From: a bacterium
GTDB taxonomy: Bacteria > Joyebacterota > Joyebacteria > Joyebacterales > Joyebacteraceae
Assembly: GCA_025782395.1 (NCBI GenBank)
Contig: JALGZD010000211.1
Location: forward strand, 2,111 to 66,110
DNA: 64,000 bases
Direction of reading: 5' to 3'
How positions within the stretch are numbered: position 1 is the stretch's first letter; each line of letters begins with the position of its first letter. The notes below the pieces were generated by a model that worked only from the letters and a program-made list of their open reading frames with translations, searched no databases and had not been told where the DNA came from. The position numbers were made by a program, and so were the translations under genes. Below, one piece after another: positions 11,406-22,891 of the stretch.

Positions 11406-13586
11406 TTGAGCTGCGTCACTCTTATCCTCTGCATTCACGACCACCAACCCGTCGGGAATCTGGACGGGGTTTTCGAGCACGCATACAGATCCTCGTACCT
11501 GCCCTTTCTGGACAGGATCGAGAACTACCCGGAAATCAAGTTCGTCCTTCACACGACAGGTCCACTTCTGGAATGGCTCGACGCGAACGCACCGGAGTAT
11601 GTCGAGAGAGTGAGCGCGCTGGTCGCAAGGGGACAGGTCGAGATTCTGACGGGCGCTTTCTACGAGCCGATTCTCCCAGGTATCCCGGAGAGAGATGCGA
11701 AAGGGCAGATCGAGCTCTCGACGGACTACATCGAGCGCCGTTTCGGTGTGCGTCCTCGAGGAATGTGGCTTGCGGAACGCGTCTGGGAGCCCGGGATCGC
11801 CGAAGTGATCGCCGAGAGTGGCGTCGAGTATGTTGCGCTCGATGACTATGAATTCCGCTTGGCAGGTCTTCCGGATGACGATCTCGGAGGCTATTTCATG
11901 ACTGAGGACCACGGCGTCCCTCTCAAGGTCTTTCCGATCAGCAAACGCCTGAGGTACCTCATCCCGTTCGCGGAACCTTCGGAGACGCTGGATCATCTGC
12001 GATTGCTCGCTGAGCGAGGCGATGATCTCGTGGCAGTCTTCGGCGACGACGGTGAGAAGTTCGGTGTCTGGCCCGGAACGCACAAGCATGTCTACGTCGA
12101 TGGTTGGCTCGACCGGTTTCTCCAGGCGCTGGGGGAGAATTCAGACTGGCTGGAGCTTTCTACCTTCGCCGAGTTCATTGACTCAGTGCCTGCACGGGGG
12201 CGGGTCTACCTGCCGAGCTCATCGTATCCGGAGATGATGGAGTGGGCACTTCCGACGGTTGCGCGGCGAGAGTACCATCTGTTCATCGGTCGGCTGAAAC
12301 GCCAGGGATGGGAAGAGCGTTGGGGGGCCTTCGTCAGCGGCGGAACGTGGAAGGGTTTCCTCTCGAAGTACGATGAAGCAAACCACATGGCGCGGAAGAT
12401 GTACCGCGTGAGCGGGAAGGTGGAGAACGCCGCTTCGGATGCCGTGACCCGTGGGAGGGCGGATGCAGGAAACCAGGGGGTCGCCGATCACAGTGCCAAA
12501 GCAGTAGTTGCTGCGGCTAAGGAGGCTTTGTGGAAGGGGCAGTGTAACTGCGCCTACTGGCACGGTGTCTTTGGGGGAATCTACCTTCCGCATCTGAGAG
12601 CGGCCATCTACCAGCACCTCATCAGAGCTGAGAATCTTCTCGATGCCGGTCGGGAGAGTAAGCTTGAGGTCAGCGCGGAGGTGGTTGATCACGACCTCGA
12701 CGGAAACCAGGAAGTCCTCCTGGAATCGAAGGAGGTCAATGCATACGTACATCCCTCGAGAGGCGGAATGGTCTTCGAACTCGACCTGAGGAGGGCCGAG
12801 TGGAATGTCTTGGCGACCATGGCACGGCACGAAGAGGCCTATCATCATGCGCTTGAGAACTCCTCACTTGGGGAGCGAAATGACGAAACGGTCAGCATCC
12901 ATGACGCGATGGTTGCGAAGGAAACAGGGTTGTCGGAGCTCGTGCACCCCGATGCCTACCCAAGGGTGGGAGCGATCGATCACATCCTCCCGGTTGGTGT
13001 CGGCCTGAGCGAAATGAGAGATCCGGCCGGAAGCGATCTTGTTCCGCTGGGGGGCGAGCGGTACGAGTTTGAAGTCGTGCGCTGCGAAGGGAGCGCCGGC
13101 GTCAAGCTGGTCGTACGCGCGGGTGTCCCGAACGGAAGCGGAACCGTTCCGATCGAACTGACCAAGACCGTCAGGCTCGATACTGCCGGGAGACTTCGAG
13201 TCTCTTGGTCATTGAGAGCCGAGGGTACGCTCGACGCGGTCTTTGCCAGCGAATGGACGCTGGCGCTATTGACGGGACACCCGGACTACGCCGAGCTCGT
13301 TCAGGATGATGACTGCATGATTCGCGCGGATTCATCGCACGAACTCGAGTCCTGCCGGCATCTTGCCGTCAAGGACCGAATCCGGCGAGAGGTCGTCAGG
13401 ATGGACTTCGGAGGCGAGGTGGGAGTCTGGATCCATCCTCTCGAGACTGCTTCGCAGTCTGAAAGCGGGTTTGAGAAAGTGTACCAAGGCATCACGATAC
13501 TGCCGCACTGGAGAGTCTCATTGGCCGCAGGTGAGACGGCTGCCTTCGAGATGACGCTCGATTCTGCGGCTCTGGGGGAGGAGTAA
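11406..13586 (+). CDS. GH57 alpha-amylase / 4-alpha-glucanotransferase
   Basis: H.HQPVGN, GMWLAERVW (nucleophile Glu), GDDGEKFG (acid/base Asp), SY.EMMEWAL, QCNCAYWHGVFGG.YLPHLR, SQSE.GFE..YQG. Confidence 0.93.
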   Translation: MSCVTLILCIHDHQPVGNLDGVFEHAYRSSYLPFLDRIENYPEIKFVLHTTGPLLEWLDANAPEYVERVSALVARGQVEILTGAFYEPILPGIPERDAKGQIELSTDYIERRFGVRPRGMWLAERVWEPGIAEVIAESGVEYVALDDYEFRLAGLPDDDLGGYFMTEDHGVPLKVFPISKRLRYLIPFAEPSETLDHLRLLAERGDDLVAVFGDDGEKFGVWPGTHKHVYVDGWLDRFLQALGENSDWLELSTFAEFIDSVPARGRVYLPSSSYPEMMEWALPTVARREYHLFIGRLKRQGWEERWGAFVSGGTWKGFLSKYDEANHMARKMYRVSGKVENAASDAVTRGRADAGNQGVADHSAKAVVAAAKEALWKGQCNCAYWHGVFGGIYLPHLRAAIYQHLIRAENLLDAGRESKLEVSAEVVDHDLDGNQEVLLESKEVNAYVHPSRGGMVFELDLRRAEWNVLATMARHEEAYHHALENSSLGERNDETVSIHDAMVAKETGLSELVHPDAYPRVGAIDHILPVGVGLSEMRDPAGSDLVPLGGERYEFEVVRCEGSAGVKLVVRAGVPNGSGTVPIELTKTVRLDTAGRLRVSWSLRAEGTLDAVFASEWTLALLTGHPDYAELVQDDDCMIRADSSHELESCRHLAVKDRIRREVVRMDFGGEVGVWIHPLETASQSESGFEKVYQGITILPHWRVSLAAGETAAFEMTLDSAALGEE

Positions 13587-13588
13587 CG

Positions 13589-14269
13589 TTGACGGAACCG
13601 CTTGCCATCGTTCTCCTGTCGATTCTGGCTGGCGCAGTCGCGCTCGATACGACTGCGGTGCTGCAGATGATGTTCTCACAGCCGCTCGTGGCAGGAACAT
13701 GTGCCGGGCTGATCCTGGGACAGCCTGAGACGGGGCTCCTGATCGGGACCGCCCTGGAGCTTGTCTGGGTGGGGGTGCTTCCGGTTGGAGGTGCGGTGTT
13801 TCCTGACACGGGACCGGCGTCTGTAGTGGGGGTTGGGCTCGCAGGGCTTCTGATCTCGCAGGGAACCGCCGGCGGGTGGGCGATTTCCTCCGGCCTCTTC
13901 GTAGCTCTTGGCGTCGCGGCGCTTGGGCGGCTGCTGACTGTGAAGCTGCGGAGGCTCAACGTCCGTTTGGCCGAGGAAGCCCTATCGTCGGTCGAGAGGG
14001 GCGATCTCGGAGGTGTGCGTCGCGCCATCCTTCGAGCAGTCGGATTCAGATTCACGTCCGTGGCGGTCTTGTCGGCTGCCGTACTGGCGCTCACGGTCCC
14101 GTTTCTGGGCAGGGTCTTCGAGGGGGTTGCGGTCGGTGAGTTCCCGGCGCTGCTCTGGGCCGCGCCGATAGCGGCTGGGACGATCCTGGCGGTTGGTCGT
14201 GGCAGATTTGAGCGAGTTCTTCTCGGGGCAGGATTTCTGGCAGGCGTTCTCGTGGTGGCGGTGAGGTAG
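13589..14269 (+). CDS. PTS mannose family IIC
   Basis: Q.MFSQPLV, G..LELVW.G.LPVG; polytopic hydrophobic. Confidence 0.85.
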   Translation: MTEPLAIVLLSILAGAVALDTTAVLQMMFSQPLVAGTCAGLILGQPETGLLIGTALELVWVGVLPVGGAVFPDTGPASVVGVGLAGLLISQGTAGGWAISSGLFVALGVAALGRLLTVKLRRLNVRLAEEALSSVERGDLGGVRRAILRAVGFRFTSVAVLSAAVLALTVPFLGRVFEGVAVGEFPALLWAAPIAAGTILAVGRGRFERVLLGAGFLAGVLVVAVR

Positions 14270-14272
14270 AGC

Positions 14273-15067
14273 GTGGCGACTGAAGTGGAAAAGAGCAGAA
14301 CGGTCAAACGATCGAGGCAGAATGGGCTGGCCTTTCGCCTCTCGCTGCTCGCACGATCGTTCTTGCTGCAAGCCGTGTGGAACCCAAGGGGGATGCAGAA
14401 CGTGGGTTTCTGTTTCGCTCTGATGCCGCTTGCACGCTCGCTGTCGGTGCTGGAGAAACAGAAGTTCATGATCCGGCACCTCGGCTTTTTCAACACCAAC
14501 GCGACCATGGCATCGTATGTCATCGGCGCGGTAGCAAGGCTAGAGGCCGAGGGTCGTGGGATGCTGGAGTCGGATGACATCAAACTGACCATGGGCGGGT
14601 CGCTCGGTATGGCGGGGGACTCACTCATGTGGGGGGCAGTTCGTCCTGCCGCCAGTTTGGCTGCCGCTCTGATTGCCATCTCTGTTCTCCACGACGGAGC
14701 TTGGAGCATCTGGCTGGCTCCTGTTAGCCTACTGGCCATATACAATGTTCCACATCTGTATCTGAGGGCCCGGGGTATCTGGGCGGGCAGCAGGCTGGGT
14801 CCCGCGGCAGCGCGGGAAGTGATCGGGCCCGGTTTCAAGAGGGTAGTGACCGTTGCGCGAGCATTCGCAGCCTTTGGCGCGGGTGTGGTTCTGGCGCAGG
14901 CTGTGATTCGCGGACGTGGCATGGATCCCGTTCCACTCGTGGGAGCGCTGCTTCTTCTTGTCCTGGCTTCTTTTGCAGCACGATTGAGGCTTTCGCCGAG
15001 CGTGGTTGGGTTGGCGGGGGGTTTGGCGTGGTTTCTTCTGTTGCTGTTGGGTGGAAACGGGGGGTAG
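14273..15067 (+). CDS. PTS mannose family IID
   Basis: RSFLLQAVWN..GMQN.GF, RHL.FFNT, GDSLMWG..RP. Confidence 0.9.
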   Translation: MATEVEKSRTVKRSRQNGLAFRLSLLARSFLLQAVWNPRGMQNVGFCFALMPLARSLSVLEKQKFMIRHLGFFNTNATMASYVIGAVARLEAEGRGMLESDDIKLTMGGSLGMAGDSLMWGAVRPAASLAAALIAISVLHDGAWSIWLAPVSLLAIYNVPHLYLRARGIWAGSRLGPAAAREVIGPGFKRVVTVARAFAAFGAGVVLAQAVIRGRGMDPVPLVGALLLLVLASFAARLRLSPSVVGLAGGLAWFLLLLLGGNGG

Positions 15068-15068
15068 A

Positions 15069-15335
15069 TTGATCGAGAGAGTGGTCACGATAGCCAATCG
15101 CGTCGGTCTTCATGCGCGCCCTGCAGCGGAGTTCGTGAAGCTCGCCGGTCGCTTCAGAGCGGATGTGAAACTGAGCAAAGACGATCTGACCGTCGATGGA
15201 AAGAGCATCATGGGAGTCATGATGCTTGCCGCCGAGCACGGTAGTTCGATCATCATTACTACGGAAGGATCGGACGAGGAGGAGGCCATGGCGGCGCTTG
15301 CCGGCTTCCTTGAGACCGACTCTGACGAGGAGTAA
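15069..15335 (+). CDS. ptsH: Phosphocarrier protein HPr
   Basis: GLHARPAA (His15) and DGKSIMGVMML (Ser46); TTG start at 15069. Confidence 0.95.
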   Translation: MIERVVTIANRVGLHARPAAEFVKLAGRFRADVKLSKDDLTVDGKSIMGVMMLAAEHGSSIIITTEGSDEEEAMAALAGFLETDSDEE

Positions 15336-15371
15336 GTTTTGCGCCTGGATCTGTCGGAAATTGGTAGGGCA

Positions 15372-17126
15372 ATGGTCATCGAGGGCATCCCGGCTTCTCC
15401 GGGGATCGTCATCGGCAAGGCCTTTATCATGGACACCCAGCGACCGCACGTATCTCACGAGACGATCTCTCCTGGGAACGTCGAGCGCGAGGTCGAGGAC
15501 TTCATGGCGGCCGTGGCCGACACACGTGGGCTCTTGGAGCGGTTGCGCGCGAAGCTGAAGGATGAGCTGGGTGAGAACCACGCCAGGATGTTCGACGCCC
15601 ATCTCATGATGCTCGAGGACTCCATGATTCTCGACGGCACTGTCAAGCGGATTCGGGAGAAGAGGTGCAGAGCGTCGCTGGCCTTGACCGAGACCATGGG
15701 CCAGATCATCAAGGTCATGGGGCGTACTGATGATGAGTACCTTCGCGATCGGATCTACGACATCAAGGATATCGAGCGCAGGCTCCTCATGCAGTTGCTT
15801 GGGCGGAAGGACGGATGTCTGGATGATCTGGATGCGGAGGTCATCATCGTTGCACACGATCTCCCAGCTACGGTTACCGCATCGATGCGCCGAGAGCGCG
15901 TGAAGGGTTTTGTCACAGAGGTGGGAGGACGTACGTCGCACGCGTCGATTATGGCGAGATCGTTGGAGATACCTGCCGTCGTTGGGACGCACTCGGTAAC
16001 AGACGCTGTGGATCAGGGAGAGACGGTCATCGTCGACGGTATCATGGGGGTCTTCGTACACGGTTTCGACGACGCAGTACTCGAGTACTACCGTGACCGG
16101 CAGAAAGAGTATGAGGAGTTCGAAGAGCAGCTACTGCTCGTCAAGGATTACCCGGCAGTGACACGCGACGGACACAAGTTCGAGCTCGGGGCGAACATCG
16201 AGCTTCCTGAGGAGGCGGATTCGGCCAAGAGGCATGGCGCAGAGGGGATCGGGCTTTTCAGGACTGAGTATCTGTTCATAGCGAGAGATGACATTCCATC
16301 AGAGGACGAGCAGTACGAGGCATACCGGGGAGTTGTAGAAACGATGGCTCCGGGATCGGTGATCATCAGGACGCTCGACGTAGGTGGCGACAAATTCGTC
16401 GCCGGGGGCGAGCACGAGCGTGAGGCGAACCCGTACCTTGGCTGGAGGGGTATCCGCTACTCTCTCGGGCAACCGAATCTCTTCATCCGACAACTCAAAG
16501 CCATTCTCCGGGCGAGCGCGCACGGCAAGGCCCGGATTATGTTCCCGATGGTATCGTCGCTGAACGAAATCAGGGACGCCAAACAGGTGCTCGAAGCGGC
16601 GCGTCAACAGCTGATCATTGAGGGTAAGCAATTCGCGGATCCGATCGACATCGGCATAATGGTAGAAACACCGGCCGCAGTCGTTCTTGCCGAAGCGTTC
16701 GCGACGGAGGTGGATTTTTTCAGCATCGGCTCGAACGATCTCATCCAGTACACGCTTGCCGTGGACCGCGGGAACGACCGCGTCGCGTACCTCTACGACC
16801 AGTACCATCCGGCAGTCCTCAGGCTGATTCGGGACACCGTCCGGGCCGCGAGGAAGCACAAGATCTGGGTTGGAATATGCGGGGAGATGGCCGGGGACCC
16901 ACTCGCGGTCCTGCTGCTCATCGGAATGGGGCTGGATGAGCTATCGACAAGTCCCCTGATGCTTCCCGAGGTGAAAAGCATCATTCGCTCCACCAGTTAC
17001 CGGTCTGCGAGGAAGACTCTGGCAAAGGCACTCGAGATGACGACCGGATCGGAAGTGAGACGCCATCTCGAGCAGATATTCAAGAAAAGATACCCTGAGA
17101 TAAGCGCGACGGAGATGATCTCATGA
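15372..17126 (+). CDS. ptsI: PTS enzyme I
   Basis: GIPASPG, GGRTSH, GIGLFRTE, RTLDVGGDK, NPYLGWRGIR, SIGSNDLIQY, GICGEMAG. Confidence 0.97.
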   Translation: MVIEGIPASPGIVIGKAFIMDTQRPHVSHETISPGNVEREVEDFMAAVADTRGLLERLRAKLKDELGENHARMFDAHLMMLEDSMILDGTVKRIREKRCRASLALTETMGQIIKVMGRTDDEYLRDRIYDIKDIERRLLMQLLGRKDGCLDDLDAEVIIVAHDLPATVTASMRRERVKGFVTEVGGRTSHASIMARSLEIPAVVGTHSVTDAVDQGETVIVDGIMGVFVHGFDDAVLEYYRDRQKEYEEFEEQLLLVKDYPAVTRDGHKFELGANIELPEEADSAKRHGAEGIGLFRTEYLFIARDDIPSEDEQYEAYRGVVETMAPGSVIIRTLDVGGDKFVAGGEHEREANPYLGWRGIRYSLGQPNLFIRQLKAILRASAHGKARIMFPMVSSLNEIRDAKQVLEAARQQLIIEGKQFADPIDIGIMVETPAAVVLAEAFATEVDFFSIGSNDLIQYTLAVDRGNDRVAYLYDQYHPAVLRLIRDTVRAARKHKIWVGICGEMAGDPLAVLLLIGMGLDELSTSPLMLPEVKSIIRSTSYRSARKTLAKALEMTTGSEVRRHLEQIFKKRYPEISATEMIS

Positions 17127-18187
17127 GCCTGCTCAACGATCCAGAAGTGATTGCTGCTGGTGATCCGGGAGGGATGCGGGCGCACCTGGAGGGTTTTTCC
17201 AGTCAACTGCGGAAGGCCGCTGGAATCGGAGAGAGCTGCGCCATCTCACGAAGCGGCAGTGGGATCTCGTCTGTTGCAGTGCTCGGCATGGGCGGTTCCG
17301 CCATCGGAGGGGAGTTCGCTCAAGGGTACCTCTACGATAGACTGCGCGTACCGATCCAGGTAGTCAGGAACTACTGTCTCCCGGCTTACGTAGGTCCGGA
17401 CACACTGGTCATTACGTCGAGCTACTCAGGCAACACTGAGGAGACCCTCGCGAGCTACTCGGAAGCCGTGTCGAGAGGTGCGAAGCCGATCTGCTTTACC
17501 ACAGGCGGTGAGCTGGCTCGCAGGGCCAATGAGGCCGGGCACGACGTCGTCACCATCCCGCCGGGGCTTCCTCCAAGGGCAGCGCTCGGCTACAGCCTTG
17601 TGCCGCTGCTCAGGATCCTCGGGAGGCTGGGTCTCGCGCCCGATCCGATCTCGGAGATCGATGAGGGAATCGAGATGGCGGCGAAGCTGGCCGATGAGTA
17701 CGGCATGGCCGGGGATTTGGACAGCAATCCCGCGAAGGACCTTGCGGAGTGGTTGCACGGGTACGTACCTGTGATCTACGGATCGGTTCCGTGGACATCG
17801 GTGATCGCGACGAGGTGGTGCGGGCAGTTCTCAGAGAATTCCAAGGTCGTAGCTCATGCGAACGAACTGCCGGAGATGAACCACAACGAGATCGTCGGTT
17901 GGGGTGCTCACAGTCCGCTGACGGAGATGGCGCGGGTCGTGTTCCTGTGCGACAGCGAGGATCACACGCGGGTGGCGAGGCGGATCGAGATCACCAGAGA
18001 GTCCATTGCCTCAACCGGGGCTGAGGTTCGCTCGTTCGGGAGCAGGGGAGCGTCACGACTGGCAAGACTGCTTTCACTGGTCATTCTCGGTGATTTCGCG
18101 AGCCTCTACCTGGCTGTTCTGAGCGGAGCAGATCCGACGCCCGTTCGGCCGATAGACAAGCTGAAGGCAGCGCTGGCCGAGAGCTAG
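17123..18187 (+). CDS. Bifunctional phosphoglucose/phosphomannose isomerase
   Basis: GMGGSAIGG, SSYSGNTEET, PRAA, ENSK, PEMNHNEI. Confidence 0.92.
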   Translation: MSLLNDPEVIAAGDPGGMRAHLEGFSSQLRKAAGIGESCAISRSGSGISSVAVLGMGGSAIGGEFAQGYLYDRLRVPIQVVRNYCLPAYVGPDTLVITSSYSGNTEETLASYSEAVSRGAKPICFTTGGELARRANEAGHDVVTIPPGLPPRAALGYSLVPLLRILGRLGLAPDPISEIDEGIEMAAKLADEYGMAGDLDSNPAKDLAEWLHGYVPVIYGSVPWTSVIATRWCGQFSENSKVVAHANELPEMNHNEIVGWGAHSPLTEMARVVFLCDSEDHTRVARRIEITRESIASTGAEVRSFGSRGASRLARLLSLVILGDFASLYLAVLSGADPTPVRPIDKLKAALAES

Positions 18188-18250
18188 CCAACGAGATGTC
18201 ACTCTGCCCGGCGTGGTGTTGCGGCAGGGTGCGGCACGAAAGGAATCTAC

Positions 18251-19234
18251 ATGAAGGCGATCATCCCGGCCGCCGGGATCGGTACGAGACTGAGACCACA
18301 CACCCACACGGTTCCAAAGGCGCTCGTACAGGTGGCTGGCAAACCAATACTGGGGCACATTCTGGACGAGATCATCGGGATCGGCGTGGTGGAGGTGGTG
18401 CTTGTAACAGGCTACATGGGCGAGAGAATCCAGGAGTATGTGAGGAGTGCCTACCCGGGTCTAAGTGTCCGCTACATCCATCAGGAGGAGCGGAAGGGGC
18501 TGGGACATGCTATCTACATGGCGCGTGAGTGCACGAGCGATGAACCGAGCCTGATAGTTCTGGGCGACACGATTGTGACAGCGGACTTCTCGAGTCTGGT
18601 CAATGGAGATCGAACGCTCATTGGCGTCAAGGAGGTGGACAACCCCAGCCTGTTCGGCGTTGTCGAGGTTGACGGTCGGATAGTGACGAGCATGGTCGAG
18701 AAACCCGACGTTCCGCGCAGCAATCTGGCCATCGTGGGTCTCTACTACATCGCGAACACACCTCTTCTCATGGAGTGCCTTACAGAGATCGTTGACCGTG
18801 ACCTGAGGACAAAGGGAGAGTACCAGCTGACGGACGCCCTCAGGATGATGCTCGACCGGGGGGAAGAGATGGGGACGTTCCTGGTCGAGGGTTGGTACGA
18901 CTGCGGACGGCCGGAAACGCTCCTTGAAACGAACAGGTTTCTGCTCTCGCGTTCCGGGGGGAACGGAGCGGAGCGAGAGGGGGCTATACTGATTCAGCCT
19001 GTGTCCGTAGACGAGAGCGCAGTGATAGAGCACTCCATCGTTGGTCCGTATGTCTCGGTGGCTGCGGGAGCCATCATCAGGGAATCGATCATCCGCGACA
19101 GCATCTTGAACGCAAATGCGCTTGTTGAGAAGAGCGTTCTGCGGGAGTCGCTGATCGGTGAGGGCGCCGTGGTTAAGGGACACTACAGGAGGTTCAACGT
19201 CGGCGACTCATCGGAGATAGATATCGGCTCCTAG
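18251..19234 (+). CDS. Sugar-1-phosphate nucleotidyltransferase with C-terminal beta-helix
   Basis: [14 protein letters not shown]...[23 protein letters not shown]. Confidence 0.9.
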   Translation: MKAIIPAAGIGTRLRPHTHTVPKALVQVAGKPILGHILDEIIGIGVVEVVLVTGYMGERIQEYVRSAYPGLSVRYIHQEERKGLGHAIYMARECTSDEPSLIVLGDTIVTADFSSLVNGDRTLIGVKEVDNPSLFGVVEVDGRIVTSMVEKPDVPRSNLAIVGLYYIANTPLLMECLTEIVDRDLRTKGEYQLTDALRMMLDRGEEMGTFLVEGWYDCGRPETLLETNRFLLSRSGGNGAEREGAILIQPVSVDESAVIEHSIVGPYVSVAAGAIIRESIIRDSILNANALVEKSVLRESLIGEGAVVKGHYRRFNVGDSSEIDIGS

Positions 19235-19314
19235 AGAGGGGTGACACGGACGTCAAGCCGGCAGCGAGCTGCCCCGTGGCTGCGGGTCAAAGCGAATCGG
19301 GAATGGAGGATCAC

Positions 19315-20451
19315 TTGAACAAACATCTATTTACATCGGAGTCGGTCACGGAGGGGCATCCCGACAAGGTTGCTGATCAGATATCGGATGCGATACTCGA
19401 CGCGATCCTCGCGGATGATCCGGTGGGACGTGTCGCGTGTGAGACGCTCGTGACTACAGGGCTGGCGTTTGTCTCTGGTGAGATAAATACGGAAGCCTAT
19501 GCAGACGTGCCGGCGATCATCCGTGAGACGATAAGGGAGATCGGCTACACGGATGCCAAGTATGGTTTCGACGCCGAGACGTGCGCTGTCGTGACGGCGA
19601 TAGACAAGCAGTCGCCCGATATCGCCAGGGGTGTCGACACGGGAGGGGCCGGTGACCAGGGGATGATGTTCGGGTACGCGACGGTGGAGACCGAGGATTA
19701 CATGCCGGTGCCGATCCACCTAGCACACGCGTTGGCCCGCAGGCTGGCGAGGGTGCGAAAGGACGGGGAGATGGACTACCTCGGTCCGGACGGCAAGACG
19801 CAGGTGACGGTGGAGTATGAGAACCACCGCCCGGTTCGCATCGATACGGTTGTCGTCGCGGCACAGCACGCTGAGGGTTGTGACATGAAAGAGCTCACGG
19901 AGGAGATCCGGGCAAAGGTTGTGGACCCCGTTCTGCCTGCCGAGCTTCTCCACGGTGCCGAATACAAGCTCCTGGTGAATCCGACGGGCGCCTTCGTCAA
20001 GGGCGGTCCACACGCCGACTGCGGCCTGACGGGCAGGAAGATAATCGTGGATACGTACGGCGGGGTTGGGAGTCACGGGGGAGGGTGCTTCTCCGGCAAG
20101 GATCCAACGAAGGTAGATCGTTCAGCCTCGTATGCTGCACGCCATATGGCGAAGAACCTGGTGGCGGCGGGTCTCGCCAAGCGCTGTGAGATCCAGCTGG
20201 CCTACGCGATCGGTAAGAAGAAACCTGTCTCCGTGATGATTGACTCATTCAAGACAGGTCTCGTGCCGGACGAGGAGCTTAACGAACTCGTCGTGAAGCA
20301 CTTTGATCTTACTCCGGGGGCCATAATCGAACGTCTGGATCTGAGAAGGCCGATCTACAAGAAAACGGCGGCGTATGGGCACTTCGGCCGACGCGAGCCT
20401 GAATTCACATGGGAACGGCTCGACATGGTCGACGAACTGAAACAGGGATGA
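19315..20451 (+). CDS. metK: S-adenosylmethionine synthetase
   Basis: [47 protein letters not shown]. Confidence 0.98.
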   Translation: MNKHLFTSESVTEGHPDKVADQISDAILDAILADDPVGRVACETLVTTGLAFVSGEINTEAYADVPAIIRETIREIGYTDAKYGFDAETCAVVTAIDKQSPDIARGVDTGGAGDQGMMFGYATVETEDYMPVPIHLAHALARRLARVRKDGEMDYLGPDGKTQVTVEYENHRPVRIDTVVVAAQHAEGCDMKELTEEIRAKVVDPVLPAELLHGAEYKLLVNPTGAFVKGGPHADCGLTGRKIIVDTYGGVGSHGGGCFSGKDPTKVDRSASYAARHMAKNLVAAGLAKRCEIQLAYAIGKKKPVSVMIDSFKTGLVPDEELNELVVKHFDLTPGAIIERLDLRRPIYKKTAAYGHFGRREPEFTWERLDMVDELKQG

Positions 20452-20469
20452 AATTCCTCGGGAGGCCTC

Positions 20470-21723
20470 ATGCGGCACGATATCGCAGACATTGACCTTG
20501 CCCGGAAGGGGCGAGACAGGACCGAGTGGGCGGCGCAGACGATGCCGGTTCTCAGAAGCATCCGGGAACGCTTCGCCAAGGAGCGGCCGCTTGAGGGACG
20601 CGTTGTGGGCGCGTGTCTTCACGTGACCACGGAGACCGCGAATCTGATGATCGCCTTGGCAGCGGGTGGGGCGGAGGTGTGGCTGACCGCTTCAAATCCG
20701 CTCAGCACGCAGGACGATGTTGCCGCCCATCTGGTGAAGGACCATGGGATGCCGGTCTTCGCGGTTCGCGGAGAGGACAACGACCGGTACTACAGCCACA
20801 TCCGCGCGATCCTCCATGCCTCCCCGACGATAACGCTGGACGATGGTGCAGATCTCATTTCTACGATTCATGAGGAGAGAGACGATCTGATTCCGGGTCT
20901 CATCGGGAGCATGGAGGAGACGACGACGGGTGTGATCCGTCTGAAGGCCATGGAGAAGGACGGCAAGCTCCGGGTTCCGGTCATCGCAGTGAACGACGCC
21001 GACACGAAGCACATGTTTGACAACAGATACGGAACGGGCCAGAGCACGATTGACGGGATTCTGCGAGCCACCAACGCGCTGATTGCGGGATCGACATTCG
21101 TGGTGGCGGGCTACGGATGGTGCGGGCGTGGGCTCGCCAACAGGGCACGCGGGATGGGGGCCAGCGTGATAATTACCGAGGTGGATCCACTCAAGGCGCT
21201 GGAGGCCGTGATGGACGGTTTCCGTGTGATGCCGATGGATCAGGCGGCCCCGCTGGGTGATATCTTCGTTACGTTGACCGGCGATATCCGTGTTCTGACG
21301 GTCCGGCACTTTGAGGCGATGAAGGATGGAGTCTTGATTGCCAACTCGGGGCACTTCGATGTCGAGATCGACAAGGAGGCTCTCGTCGCTCTGGCGAGCG
21401 AGACAGGTCATCCAAGGGAGTCCGTCGATACCTACATGATCAAAGGGAAGCGTATCAACCTCCTGGGGGAGGGTCGCCTTGTGAACCTGTCAGCTGCGGA
21501 GGGACACCCAGCGGCTGTCATGGACATGAGTTTTGCCAATCAGGCTCTCTGCTGCGAGTATCTGGCCAAACTGGATGATAGGCTGAAGGCAGGCGTCTAC
21601 CGAGTGCCGGCCGAGATCGACGCGGATGTGTCGCGACTCAAGCTCGCCTCGATGGGAACCGAGATCGACACGCTGACCGCCGAGCAGAGAGAGTATCTGG
21701 CTTCGTGGAAGCTCGGCACGTAA
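20470..21723 (+). CDS. ahcY: Adenosylhomocysteinase
   Basis: [51 protein letters not shown]. Confidence 0.97.
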   Translation: MRHDIADIDLARKGRDRTEWAAQTMPVLRSIRERFAKERPLEGRVVGACLHVTTETANLMIALAAGGAEVWLTASNPLSTQDDVAAHLVKDHGMPVFAVRGEDNDRYYSHIRAILHASPTITLDDGADLISTIHEERDDLIPGLIGSMEETTTGVIRLKAMEKDGKLRVPVIAVNDADTKHMFDNRYGTGQSTIDGILRATNALIAGSTFVVAGYGWCGRGLANRARGMGASVIITEVDPLKALEAVMDGFRVMPMDQAAPLGDIFVTLTGDIRVLTVRHFEAMKDGVLIANSGHFDVEIDKEALVALASETGHPRESVDTYMIKGKRINLLGEGRLVNLSAAEGHPAAVMDMSFANQALCCEYLAKLDDRLKAGVYRVPAEIDADVSRLKLASMGTEIDTLTAEQREYLASWKLGT

Positions 21724-21756
21724 GCCGGTCAGGTATTGTGAAGCGACAACGATGCA

Positions 21757-21793
21757 TCGGGCGGGCAGCCTTTTCCCGCCCGACGCGCTTTTC
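21757..21793. terminator. Hairpin between convergent ahcY and lptG
   Basis: TCGGGCGGG...CCCGCCCGA stem followed by CTTTTCT. Confidence 0.55.
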
Positions 21794-21814
21794 TACCGCT
21801 GCTGTCGCTCAGAG

Positions 21815-22891
21815 CTACTTTGGGGCTCGCGCGGCTATCCACAACCCAATGCCTGCGAAGAGGATGTTCGCACTCCAGGCGGCGAGCAAGGGATGGAGCA
21901 CACCCCGGCCGCCGAGAACCTGGGCAACCCGAATAAGACCGTAGTAAAGAAACGAGGTGGAGAGGGCAAGGGTGAATGCAAGGGCGAAACCGGTTCTTCG
22001 GCTTCCCATTGCCAACGGCGCACCGATGAGAGTCATGATGAATGTGACAAAGGGGAACGCGATCTTCAGATTCAGTGCCACCCGGAGCGCGCGCGGATCG
22101 TTTCCGGTTGCCTGCAGCTTTGCGATATAGTCTCTCAGCTCAAAAAACCCACGCTCTTCGGGTTCCAGATCGCGACGCACGAGGTCGTCCGGCGTGGGTT
22201 CAGAATACGAGAGCACATACGTATCAAACGGATCTGTCTGTTCGCCGGTCGCCGTGAATGTCCGTAGCCTCCCGGATGAGAGGACCCAGTGATCGGTCTC
22301 CCATCTCGCGGACTCGGCGTCGATCCGCATCGTAGGTCGCAGGTTATCATCGAACTCCTCGACGGTGACATCTTCCATGAGCCGGCGGCGTGTGTTGTAG
22401 CGTCTGGTCAAAAGCATGCTGCCGTCCGGCCGCACATAGATGAGATCCACCCGAGTCGTGGGGTCGCTCCTGCTTCTTTTGATGTAGTCGTCTTCAATGG
22501 CGATCCGGTGTCGCGTGGCAGGCGGCAGAATCGTCTCGCCCATCACCATCGTGACAAGGCTGACCAGGAGCGCAAGACCCAGGACCGGAGAGAGGATTTT
22601 CCTCAGGCTCAGCCCCGCGCCTTTCATGGCGATCAGCTCATTCGAGCGTGCCATGCCGCCGACGGAAAGGAGAGTTGCGAGAAGCACGGCGACAGGCGCG
22701 GTCAGAACGAAGATGAGTGGAGTTGAGTAGAAGTAGTACAAGAAGACGATCCTGAGCGGAACGCGATTGTCAATGAAGGTATGCGCGTGGTCGAAGAGAT
22801 CGACAAGGACATAGATGACCACAAAAGACGCAAAGACAAGAACCAGTGGCTTCAGAACCCTGCGGCAGATATAGGCGCGGAGTATTCTCAC
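21815..22891 (-). CDS. lptG: LPS export ABC permease LptG
   Basis: RIL.AYI.R, SNELIAMKGAG.S, KIAFPF, P.LAAW.AN; GTG start overlaps lptF stop. Confidence 0.88.
   Translation of the reverse strand: MRILRAYICRRVLKPLVLVFASFVVIYVLVDLFDHAHTFIDNRVPLRIVFLYYFYSTPLIFVLTAPVAVLLATLLSVGGMARSNELIAMKGAGLSLRKILSPVLGLALLVSLVTMVMGETILPPATRHRIAIEDDYIKRSRSDPTTRVDLIYVRPDGSMLLTRRYNTRRRLMEDVTVEEFDDNLRPTMRIDAESARWETDHWVLSSGRLRTFTATGEQTDPFDTYVLSYSEPTPDDLVRRDLEPEERGFFELRDYIAKLQATGNDPRALRVALNLKIAFPFVTFIMTLIGAPLAMGSRRTGFALAFTLALSTSFLYYGLIRVAQVLGGRGVLHPLLAAWSANILFAGIGLWIAARAPK

Noticed and set aside
19235-19314. SAM or SAH riboswitch upstream of metK-ahcY
   Set aside because: Only about 80 nt with a small GGCAGC/GCTGCC hairpin; no recognisable consensus
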